A stretch of 63,282 bases of DNA, counting the filler, from Octopus bimaculoides (Eukaryota), in the NCBI RefSeq assembly GCF_001194135.2. It is 3 parts of 3 records of this genome, joined end to end, with 100 filler letters (N's around TTAATTAATTAA, not from the genome) between each part and the next. Parts side by side here need not be neighbours in the genome. Positions count along the whole stretch, not along the records: positions 1 to 27,722 come from NC_068983.1; 2 more parts are not named here. One strand, written 5' to 3'. Numbering within the stretch: position 1 is the stretch's first letter; every line of letters begins with the position of its first letter. Below, in pieces: positions 1 to 10,738 of the stretch. The notes below the pieces were generated by a model. The model saw nothing but the letters and a program-made list of their open reading frames with translations, ran no database searches and was not told the origin of the DNA. A program made the position numbers and the translations under genes.

Positions 1-362
1 TCTAGCTGTATAAGACCCCTGCCACCTTCTGTGCGTTGTATATATAGCCTTTCTATGTCAGATTTTGGGTGGTGCATCCTATATCCTGTCATTATTTTTC
101 TTGTTTTCCTGTCTATTTTACATAGTTCGTTTAGTGTCCAGTTAAGGATGTTGTAGCTGTAGCTTATAACTGGGACAGCTAAAGTGTTGATACCCATTAT
201 CTTGTTTTTAGCATTGAGCTCTGTTTTTAGTATTGATCTAACTCGTCTATAGTACTCTTTCTTTATTTTTTCTTTCATTTGTGTATGTTGTATCCTATCT
301 AGTTCATTGACTCCTAAATACTTATATGGTTGGCTTTCGTCTAGTTCTCTTATTTCATTGGC
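1..362 (-). mobile_element. R4/Dong-clade non-LTR retrotransposon, 5'-truncated RT thumb/connector fragment running off the window start
   Basis: Manual minus-strand translation is open for ~120 codons: ...PYKYLGVNE...LKTELNAKNKIMGINTLAVPVISY...WTLNELCKIDRKTRKIMT...HHPKSDIERLYIQRTEGGRGL. The YKYLG, LDRKTRK and RLY..R..GGRGL motifs are typical of RLE-type elements. Confidence 0.9.

Positions 363-363
<1 letters not shown>

Positions 364-396
<33 letters not shown>
364..396. repeat. (TTA)n microsatellite at the 5' junction of the R4/Dong fragment
   Basis: Direct read. Confidence 0.95.
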
Positions 397-397
<1 letters not shown>

Positions 398-1002
398 CTT
401 TATCTTTTCTTTATTATCCATAAGAACTTATAGATAAAATACAAAACGTGTCGTACAAAAAAGTTTACAAAACATAATGATCTACACACACGTACATATA
501 TATTTGTGTGTGTTTGTGTGTGGGCATATGTGGATGGGTGGGTGAGTGCGTGTGTGCATGTGTGTGTATGTGTGTCAATGTGCATGTGCGTGCGTGTGTG
601 TGTAATAGAGATAATTATCCCCCACCTAGGAGGGAAACCCTAACCTAGGTAAAATAAAGGCACCAAAGGACTTTGACCACCTTCCACTCCGATCACCTCT
701 TACAAGATGGAACTTCTGAAATTGCTCTGGAACATCGCGTGTAAAGACTCCGACATCCATTGGGGCGTGTTCCTTTAGCTTTAGATAGACTCTTTTTGTA
801 TCTTTGCTTTGTTTTTTATTTTAGTGGTTCGGTGTTTTCTTCTACACCTCCTCCTTCAGTCTCTTTTTAAGTTACTCAATAGTTTTGTCAAGCTCACTCA
901 TTAATTCGTACAAACATCAAGTTATTCATGCACTCCGTGTCGTTAGATGATAATACTAGATATAATATCTAAGTTCTGCTTTTGCCTACAATCTTAATAC
1001 TG

Positions 1003-1398
1003 ATTTAAAATTTCAGCACAATGCCAGCATTTTTGAGGGAGAACGTAAGTCGATTGCATCAACCCTAGTACTCAACTGGTGCTGATTTTATCGACTCCGA
1101 AAGGATGAAAAACAAAGCTAACCTCGGTGGAATTTGAAGTCAGAATGTAAAGACGGATGAAATGCCGCTAAGCATTTTGCCCGGCGTGCTAAATCTTCTA
1201 ATATAGATTTAAAATTTCGACACCAGAACCGCAATTTCGAGGGAGGGCGCAATTTGATTACATCAACCCCAGTGTTCTACTGGTACTTATTTTATCGACC
1301 CTGCAAGGATGAAAGGCAAAGTCGACCTCGGGTAATGTCTGAGGACGAAATGTCGCTAAGCAATTGGCTCGACGTGCTATTCTGTCAGCTCATCGCTT
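1003..1398 (-). mobile_element. SINE family A, two head-to-tail copies
   Basis: Each unit contains the reverse complement of a tRNA-like head (GCACGCCGGGCAAAATGCTTAGCGG...) and the core TTTCATCCTTTCGGGGTCGATAAAATAAGTACCAG seen in many other copies in the window. Confidence 0.85.
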
Positions 1399-1399
1399 T

Positions 1400-2150
1400 A
1401 CATTCTTCTAATATTGCTTCACATCCATATGAGCTCTTGCTTCTAATTCTTCTGTTCTCCAGTTAGATTATTTCTGTTGGTGATGTTGAAATACCGTGTA
1501 ACTTAATGTCAGAATTATGGTTTTATTAGTGTTAGGTATGTGATTACTTTTTAGTTCTTAGGATCCTCCGCTTCTGTGATGTTTGATAGGAGGGTTATTT
1601 TTCTTTCCGTCAATCTCTCAATTCTGTTATGTGAAATGGCTACCTTATTATTTTATTAACGCATTTAACCATACACAGGTGTTAAACATGTTAATGTGTT
1701 ATCCATAAATATTGGATTTTGTCTACTCCAGGTAATTTCCTCCCATGACTTTCATTAAGCCTTCTGTCATGATGTTTTCTCATTTTTAGCCTCACATAAT
1801 TTAATTTTTCTTTGCATTTTTTAAAGTTTTTTTCTTTCCTATATTAACCTCCGCTTTCCCATGTCTTCCCCTAAAATTTTCTTTGTTTAGTAGATTTTCT
1901 ACTGTTACTTTATCATTTTATTTTTTGTAAAGACTTCGTTTATCATTTTTTTAATAAAGACTTTGTTTATCTTCTGAAACATTTTATTTCGTTTCAGTTA
2001 TTTGGTTCATTTCTCAAGTCACTCAATGCTTTAAATGTCAGCCGTTAGTTTATTATTTCATATTCTGTTTGTATTGAACTTTAAGCTTTCTTGCAATTTT
2101 ATCTTCCGTTGAATCTTTTGTTTCCAATTGAGAATTTTTTGAAGTTGTTT
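1400..2150 (-). mobile_element. Degenerate R4/Dong-like ORF fragment (region N-terminal to and at the start of RT)
   Basis: Broken minus-strand frames give KLPGVDKIQYLW, TLLSNITE.EDPKN, RNNL..EQK, WKQKIQRKI, resembling RLE-element motifs. Many stops and frameshifts. Confidence 0.5.
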
Positions 2151-2220
2151 CTCTCCCGTTGGATATGCCAGCAGATGGTGTCTGAACCATATAGTTATAA
2201 ACAACAATATGGCTTGCAGT

Positions 2221-2297
2221 GGGCCCTGTTCGGTATGCGACATTGATAAGTCGCAGCAACGACGAAACATCGATGTCTGTCGCTCTGAGAAGGGACT
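2221..2297 (+). ncRNA. Type I hammerhead ribozyme, U3-A8 core variant, predicted cleavage after C2277
   Basis: Stem I GCGACA(2237-42)/TGTCGC(2278-83); core TTGATAA; stem II GTCG/CGAC with loop CAGCAA; GAAA; stem III ACA/TGT with loop TCGA; GTC triplet. Distal stem I extension 2221-33/2285-97 lies beyond a TAT/T internal loop. Confidence 0.8.
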
Positions 2298-2651
2298 TAT
2301 GTGAGTTGACTCGCTTGACTGTGTCTTGCTTTCAGGTGTGTTTTTACATCAGGCGCATTGAGAATATATTCTCTTACGCCTACAAATCGCACAAACTAAC
2401 AACACACATACACGGTATGTGTGTTGGATTTTGCTGATATACTTCGAGCTGCTTCTAGTTCATATTTGAATTTTTTTCCAAGAACTAACACCACTCATAC
2501 CATATGTATGTGTGTTCGATTTTGTTTACTATTAACTTGTTTGATTTGATTATAGTGTATAATATTTTGCTGGTTTGTCCGTCTTAAATTTATATAAACT
2601 CTATCTCTTCAAGCTGCTGTTTAATTTTTTTCATTTGTTTTAAGCTATATA

Positions 2652-2744
2652 TAATGACATTAATCTATATATATCTATATTCATCTATATATGATGACAT
2701 TAATCTATATATGATGACATTATCTATATATGATGACATTAATC
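2652..2744. repeat. ~20-bp minisatellite (ATGATGACATTAATCTATAT)n, about 4-5 units
   Basis: Direct read. Confidence 0.85.
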
Positions 2745-2944
2745 TTCCGTCCATATTATTATTGCTGTGTTAGGTTTAAGGTTGTCTGTACTTTGTCTAC
2801 TATTACCACATCTCTGTTGACTTGTAGAATAGGTTTTGTGGGTCGTGCTTGTATTGTTTTGTAATAGTGTGGGTTTTGCTATAAGGAGAAAGAGCAGCAC
2901 CCATAATCTTTTTCAAGATTTTCTAAACTGATAGGGGGTGAGGT

Positions 2945-3323
2945 GTTGTTGTTTGTTGTTGTTGTTGGCACTCCGTCGGTTACGACGACGAGGGTTCCAG
3001 TTGATCCGATCAACGGAACAGCTTGCTCGTGAAATTAACTGACACGTGTACCATTAACGTAGTTCTCGAGGAGATTCAGCGTGACACAGATTGTGACAAG
3101 GCTGTCCCTTTGAAATACAGGTACAACAGAAACAGGAAGAAAGAGTGAGAGAAAGTTGTGGTGAAAGAGTACCGCAGGGTTTGCCACCATCCTCTACCGG
3201 AGCCTCGTGGAGCTTTAGGTGTTTTCGCTCAATAAACACTCACAACACCCGGTCTGGGAATCGAAACCGCGATCCTACGACCGCGAGTCCGCTGCCCTTA
3301 CCACTGGGCCATTGCGCATCCAC
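2945..3323 (-). mobile_element. tRNA-derived SINE family B with (AAC)n tail and degenerate 12-bp TSD
   Basis: Reverse complement of the copy at 5041-5427. Flanks AGGGGGTGAGGT (2933-44) and AGGGAGTGATGT (3324-35). Confidence 0.92.
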
Positions 3324-3676
3324 AGGGAGTGATGTAGCTGAGTAAGAAAGAAGTAACAATTGGTGTATGCACATCTAGTAGCACATCTAATATTGAATTT
3401 TATTCATACGGGTGATCTGGTCCACATTCTTGAATGGACTCTGCTACAGGTATTACAAGAGCCAGGCAGTAGTGTGAGGTCGTTGACAGACTGAGTTTCC
3501 TTTTATAGTTACTTATCGTGTTCTATATCCCTATATGGTATTGGTAGTTTGGTCTTGTGTCATGATCAAAAATCTTTCGGATTCATCTTTGAACTCTGCT
3601 CTTCTCAAACAGTACTGATTTTTTTTTTATTTCTCTGCTTTTGTTGTCCCACCTTTTTTTTTATTAATAATATTTA

Positions 3677-4072
3677 TCTTTTACTTGTTTCATTCATTGG
3701 ACTGCGGCCATGCTAGGGCATCGCATTGATGGATTAAGTCGAATAAATTGATTCCAGTACTTGCCGAACCACTAACTTACAGGAACGTAAACAAACCAGC
3801 ACTGGTTGTCAAGCGTTGGTGGTGCGGACAAACAGAAAGACGCGCACGAGTACAGACACATATACACTCATGCACTCACGCGCGCACGCACGCACGCACA
3901 CACGCGCGCGCGCGCGCGATGGGCTTCAACACCATTTCCATTCACCAAATTCACTCAGAGTACTGATCAGTCCAGGTTATAGTAGAAGACGCTTGCTCAA
4001 GGTGCGCACAGGGAGACTGAACCCGAAATCAGGTGGTTGCAAAGCAACTTCCTAACCACACAGCCACGCCTA
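3677..4072 (-). mobile_element. SINE family C (tRNA-like head, internal microsatellite)
   Basis: Reverse complement of the family at 50415 and 53598: head GCGTGGCTGTGTGGTTAGGAAGTTGC, tail GCATGGCCGCAGTC...GAAACAAGTAAAAGA. Confidence 0.8.
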
Positions 4073-5040
4073 CACCTTGTCAGTTACTGGCCACGCAGGG
4101 GATTTTCTTGCCTACGTCTAAGCACGGCATTTTGTAATCCCATTTACAGTTTCGCTTTTAGTTGTTTCTTTTATTGTCTCTGTTATTGTTTCTCTATTTT
4201 CCTCGCAATTGTCTGCCTCTATATTGGTTGCATTCCAGGAAGACAGGAAAAAGACTTTTGTTTGTTCAAGCGTTGTGGCTATTTTGTATCAGCTTCCCTT
4301 TTCCTTTTATTAGAGATCTTCATAGTCCCGCATTTCCGTACACGTGATAAATGTAATCTTTAAGCAATGGTGTGTTCTAAATGCAGTCATTATATTTCTT
4401 GTTTTTCTTTCTCGTCTTGTTCATTTACTTAGCTTCCATTTGACAACATAACTATAGCTTAGCATATTGGGTTCTAAATTATTGATATATATATATATTC
4501 TCTTATATATTGAATATAGCTCTGTTTGAAGTATTAATCAAATGCGTCCACAATATTTTTTCCAGCTTTTTTCTTTCATTTATGTGTTCTATGTAGTTCA
4601 TTGATTTTTAAGTATTTGTAAGCTTGTGTTTGTTCTAATTCACTTATCTCTGCTTCTTTATATACCACGATATGAGGAATATTTCATTAATTGTTCTCTT
4701 CTCAAAGTTACCTTAGCCATTTTTAAAAAATCTAAACTAAATTTCAAAACAATTTCTCCTGTGAATATGTACTGCATACAACTGTATTTAACAATTTTTT
4801 CGGTTGTTTTTTTATTTGCAGACAATAACCGAAAGGTTACCCAAATACAAAATATGGTTGATTGTCTTCCCATAGAATTTGAACCCAAATCCAGTCACAA
4901 TTATTATATTGGCTAAAGGTGTCAACACCAGGCAGACTTAGTCTCTTGAAAAGTTTTCTAATAGGGACGGGGTCTGGAGTAAGATTTTATAGTTGCTGCT
5001 TTTGTTCGTTCGTCATTTAATAATGATATATTTTATGTAC

Positions 5041-5427
5041 GAGTGGAGGCGCAATGGCCCAGTGGTTAGGGCAGCGGACTCGCGGTCATAGGATCACAGT
5101 TTTGATTCCCAGACCGGGCGTTGTAAGTGTTTATTGAGCGAAAACACCTAAAGCTCCACGAGGCTCCGGCAGGGGATGGTGGCGAACTCTGCTGTACTCT
5201 TCCACCACAACTTTCTCTCACTCTTCTTGTTTCTGTTGTGCCTGTATTTCAAAGGGTCAGCCTTGTCACACTGTCTCGCTGAATATCCCCGAGAACTACG
5301 TTAAGGGTACACGTGTCTGTGGAGTGCTCAGCCACTTGCACGTTAATTTCACGAGCAGGCTGTTCCGTTGATCGGATCAACTGGAACCCTCGACGTCGTA
5401 AGCGATGGAGTGCCAACAACAACAACA
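5041..5427 (+). mobile_element. tRNA-derived SINE family B, full length, 11-bp TSD
   Basis: A-box-like TGGCCCAGTGG, B-box-like TTTTGATTCCC, (AAC)n tail. TSD ATTTTATGTAC at 5030-40 and 5428-38. Confidence 0.95.
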
Positions 5428-7039
5428 ATTTTATGTACCTACCTGTTATTGGTATTGTCTTACTTATGCGTTCTCTCTATGACATACCAATAATGTTCTT
5501 CCCCCATCTACAATCTTCGATTTTGGCTTTGTTAATCGGTAATTGATTTTTATAACCATATGAGCTTTTGCAGCATTCCTTCTGATCTTCTGAAGACGAT
5601 TTTTTTCAGTCGATCGTTTATCCCGCCGCGATAATACAGCGATAATTGTATATAAGGTCAAGACCTTATATATTATTGACAGAGGTTATGGGCCTATAAT
5701 TTGTGAGATTTACTGTTTTATTTGTCTTGTCTTCATTTGATAAACCTAAATGTATCCACTTTCCTTTGTAACTATTGTAAGACCTCTGATAGAAATTTTG
5801 CGTGCAGTACAAGACTCCTTACACCACCTTCCCATGAAGAAGGAGGATGTCTCTCTAAATCAAAGGTGCCAGGAGATTTTTTTTTATTAGTTTAGGGAGG
5901 GCTCTGTTAGATATTCATGAGCCCCTTTTTGGTTCTCCGCCCCATCAAATGTACCGGCCAAATCACCCTTTTATGGACTTTGGTCCACTGAGATTTCTGC
6001 ATAGACTGAACATAAGAGGCTCATAGAATTGTGGTTCAGAGAAACAGGAAGAGCAGAAACTCTTGTAGTAATCCTAGGTATACATATAGAAGAACTCCAG
6101 GTCAATTCTGACTGATTTGATCTATAATAAAAGACATTCTAGCCATGACCATCCGGTATGCAGGGCTATATATTCTAATACAACATTTGTATAGGTAGGC
6201 TGTGATTTGAGGGATATTTGAGTGTTATTCCTAACAGGCTGAGTGACCATGTAGAATGTCCCTTGTATGCTAATGGTTGTAGTGTGTTGGTGAAGAAAGA
6301 TTTATTAATCAGATGGATGGCATTTTATAGAAGCAGATTAAAATGCATGTTTGTGCATGTAGCATCTGCACTAAACTCACTTTAAAAGAATTATGCTGAT
6401 GTGTGCCACACATGAGCTTAAAAGAAAGTCAGAGATACATCAGATCTGAGGCAATTTTATGGTTAAACCTTTGGGAGGATGTTTTCACTATGTTATGAAC
6501 ATAAAACTATCATCAAAGATCGTAAGGGATGCATTTATAGTGACTGTAGGAGAGTTAATTGTGCACTGTATAAAGAGAGTGGGTTGTTGTAAGCACATTT
6601 CTCTGTATAGATGTAGAACTTGAAACAAGGAACTTTAGCAATTAGAAGATCTGTGATAATGCCATCAGTTCATCCATAAAAGAAAATGATAATTGTTAAA
6701 ATACTTATCCTAATGTCAATACCAAACTGAAGTTTATTCGCTGTAGCAAATTTTATAAAATTGGAACAAAAGAATAGAGGGTTGAAGATGATTTAAATGA
6801 AACCCAAAGATGACACGCAAAGATGACACGCAAAGATGACAGAGCATCGTATGAAAGAATTAGAATATCTTCATTCAGATGATCCAGCGATAAGTATATG
6901 TATTGAATTCATTCAACAGCTCAATACGGTTTCTCGATTTCGAGTAACTGAAAAAAAAAATATATAAAATGAAACAAAAATTTTAATGTTATCAATGTGA
7001 CGCATGTTGATGGAAGCAAATATAAATCTGATTTTAAAT

Positions 7040-7350
7040 ATCACTTTTGACGAAAAAAAGAATCACTTTAAAGCAGTATGGAAATTTTCAAGAATAGTTG
7101 AAGAAATTAGAAACGGAAATTCTTTAAGTGTTTAAGAAACTGGAATAAAAGTCACTGCCATGATCAACGTTAAACTAAATTATGTTAACATTAAAATGCA
7201 AATTGGCAGGTAAACATCATATCTCAGAATTTCTGAATGGATTTAAATAAACCAAAAATTAGAAGAGTGCGATCTCAAGCTAAAACAATTTGATGGATCA
7301 CTCATAAAAACTCGGGGAAAATTTGACGCATTAATGGAAACTTGGGAAAA
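7040..7350 (+). mobile_element. Probable Gypsy-type LTR retrotransposon gag-knuckle/protease relic
   Basis: DEKKNHFKAVW resembles the end of a CCHC knuckle. VKLN..IKMQIG...KLEECDLKLKQFDGSLIKTRGKF resembles a retropepsin with a decayed DTG motif. In-frame stops present. Confidence 0.45.
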
Positions 7351-7995
7351 TAGTTGTTATGAAAAACAAAGACCACGGTAAGGCCGTGGTAAATGTTGAT
7401 AATTCAGCATTAAAGAGGTCTCAAGGTTTAAATTCTTCTCAAAGGAAATATATGACCGTGTTATTTTAGTCTGATATTTACTATATCAATATTAGCAATG
7501 CCACCACCGCTTTTGGACGATTTTCTTCTGCTACTACAATAGATTATGTGTTTTTTTTAATTGTATGTCTTTAAGCGATACTAACTCAGGATTAATTAGG
7601 CTTTCCACGATGTATCTGCTTTAAGCATGATAAAGTGGTTGCTATTTTAAACGAATACTGTTTCTGTTGCACATAGAAAATGCACACACAGGCACACAAA
7701 CACACACATATACACACACACGCATTCACACACACACATATATGTATACACGTCACATATATTGGAGAAGCACTCGTCGAAAATGACCGGTTTATTTGAG
7801 TATTTAATACATTATGCAAGCATAAATTTTTGCATTATGATTTGTAGCTAAATATACGTAGTCGCACCCGGTTGATACTGGACTTCGAAACAGAACACTG
7901 TAATAGTAAATAGCAAACGGCAGAAGCATAAAAAAACGGTCTCATTATGGATTGTAGCGAGATATTTAGGAGGGTGAAAGCCGAGAACCACTTAC

Positions 7996-8034
7996 ATATA
8001 CATACATACATACATACATACATACATACATACA

Positions 8035-8066
<32 letters not shown>

Positions 8067-8077
8067 CAGAGAGATAT

Positions 8078-8118
<41 letters not shown>

Positions 8119-8165
8119 TAGGTAGCTAGCTAGCTAGATAGATAGATAGATAGATAGATAAATAG
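7996..8165. repeat. Compound microsatellite (TACA)n-(GA)n-(GATA)n
   Basis: Direct read. Confidence 0.95.
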
Positions 8166-8339
8166 ATACTGTAATTTGCTTGAAATATTACGGTATGCAG
8201 AATGTTGTAAAAGTTTGTAAAAACCTTTAAGTAACGCTGATGAAGAGTTAAATTAAATATGTAAGATGATGTCAATGAATAGAAACAATGAGAAAATATA
8301 TTGCATTACCTTACATAATCCTGCCGGATGTAGTCTATC

Positions 8340-8760
8340 GTCATACCCAGGACACATCTCTGATTGGAAGGTTGAATGTTCTGAGGAGTGTTGCTGTTGT
8401 CCCCCGGTTCACCCTGACCCGGGGTGATAGCACCTGTTAGGGTCCCATCTATGCGAAAACAGTGAACCCGGAGTATGAAGTTCACTCATTGACACTCAAA
8501 CGCCTCCATTAGGTTAGAGTAGGAGAAGGGAAACTCCGACTTAAAACCCACTTGCCAGTCGGTCTGACTGAAAAAGGCGAGGCCCCATAGATTAGGACCT
8601 ACTGCTTCAGAGGCGAAATCCAAAGATCTGGATTTTTGGCAAGTCGATGCAACTCCTTATCTGAGTCAGCATGTTACACCATGTGTGCTGCAAAAGAAGG
8701 ACCTGGAGCCATGGTGCGTGGGTTTCAACCCAGCAAACTATTATCTACCTTAAACAAATA
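8340..8760 (+). mobile_element. Structured GC-richer segment resembling an RTE-clade LINE 5' UTR
   Basis: GGAGAAGGGAAACTCCGACTTAAAACC motif recalled from RTE leaders, plus multiple hairpins and two crossing long-range pairings. Confidence 0.4.
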
Positions 8761-9129
8761 CACGCTAAAACACAAAGTATAACTTGTGATGGGTTTTTGC
8801 TAGCTAATCCTGTTTAAATAGTCTGACAAAGGAGACAGTTTGGGAACCGTAGTTCAGGGTCTGTATGTAGTGGAGGCTATGCTTGTCATGATTCTCTAGC
8901 CATCTCTAATGGTCCAGTCTACACTTATCCTTCATCTCCTTCTTCTGGTTTGCCAGCTTGCACAACTTGACGCAGAGCAGCGCATCAACAAAGACTGAAT
9001 CTCCAACTAGGAGATATCCTTGGTCTAATCCTGAAAGGCATAACAAAAAAAAACTTACATACTTTGCATAATGATCCTTTGGTATTTCGACAAAAAATTC
9101 ACCTTTTCAAATAGAAGAAATATATAAAC

Positions 9130-9400
9130 AGAGTTCAAAGAAATGCGCTGTTATTGACAGGCCATTCCAGTGTATCTCTGAGCGGTCGCCTGCATCTACA
9201 CACACATGCATGAAACTGTAACGACAATCTGGAAATTTGACTGACGAAAGAAGGGCACGAATGATCAGTCCTTTTTTTTTTCCTGTCCATCTATTTGTTG
9301 TTTTTCCTGTCCACCTTTGTATCGTCCATCTGTCAGGTTGTTTTATTGTCCTCTATTGCGTTTTTGCTCCATTATATATATATGCATGCATGTATGTATA
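9130..9400 (+). repeat. Penelope-type terminal-repeat-like relic
   Basis: GAAAC...CTGACGAA motif followed by a T-rich TGTCC-repeat tract, the same layout as repeats at ~30300 and ~45200. Confidence 0.3.
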
Positions 9401-10437
9401 TATGTATGTATGTATGTATGTATGCTTGTATGTATGTATAGTTTACTGTTCCATTTAGGCGTCTTATTGAACCTGCCAAGACCCGCGCTGTGAAGGAAAG
9501 TATCTTGCTATATTCATCATCCTTTAAACCTTAAGGAAGTCTTGCACATTTTTTCTAGTCTCAGATTCCGCAATCATTTGTAGTGCATGAAATTAGGATT
9601 TGCGTATGTATGTACGAATGTAACATGATACAAAATATAACGGAGTTATTTAAAGATAAATAAAGACATGTGTATTTTAAGGGATAGGTCGTAATTTTAG
9701 AGATGCACCAACAGACAAAGAAATATTTTGTTAGAGGATGGGGAGATAGTGTAAGAGACAGATATAAACATCAAAGCTACAGAGAAATATTTATACTTCG
9801 ATATGTAAATAAGGACTGGTAACAGGACACGAGAGCAGAATATATAACGAAAATGAAGGGATGGGAAAGAGAGTGGGAGTTAGTGAGAAAAAAAAACTAT
9901 AGACCAGAAGAGTGAGCATATGTAACAATAAAATGAGACAGAGCATAAGTTAGGTGTAAAATGTAATAGTGCGAGAAGTGAATTTACAAACGATATCTTT
10001 TCTGGAAACCACAGGAGACTTAATGAAGTAAAACTGGAAAAGATTGTAACAACAGTAGCTGTAATATTACCTGAGTCATGTATTGAATAAAGTGATAAGG
10101 TTAGTTGAAGAGAAATAAGTGGTTGAAGGATTAAATCCAATAGAGATTGGTGAAAATCTGAAAGCTGGTAGGATATGTGGTACCATAAAACAATGTTAAA
10201 AAGGAAAAAATATATTTATGGCAAAGATTGGAAGAGGAGTTAGCGAATATACATAAGCAAACAAATGCATGTAGTCAAAAGCGCGCGCACACGCACACAC
10301 ATGTGCACACAACACATATATATTTAATATATATATTTTAATTTAATAAATATTCTCATACTGGGTCTTTATTTGATAGTGGCTACTAGCTTATTACTAG
10401 CCTTTCCAGACGTATACACACACACGCATAATACATA

Positions 10438-10497
<60 letters not shown>

Positions 10498-10707
10498 AAT
10501 GCATTACATAAATCAATATCTAATACACTGGGATGACAAACAGTGAATAGTGTTGATCTTTCATGCTAAGGGATACACATCAATAAACCGTTAGCTGTGT
10601 TGAAATCAGGAAGTAGGAAAATGGAAGTTATAACGTTCATGCATTTCCCAAGAGAAAATGCTTTAGAAAATATGTCTTTCTCAAAAGTTATAGAATATAC
10701 TTCTCTC

Positions 10708-10738
<31 letters not shown>

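Noticed and set aside
5041-5120. SINE heads as tRNA genes
   Set aside because: They lack complete acceptor stems, continue into shared repeat bodies and are bounded by TSDs.
7868-7905. GAAACAG-AACA-CTGTA hammerhead-like stem III with upstream TTGATAC
   Set aside because: No stem II or stem I pairing, so it is probably chance.
9447-9520. Possible exon RLIEPAKTRAVKE after TTCCATTTAG
   Set aside because: Very short, weak donor, no corroborating exon or homology.
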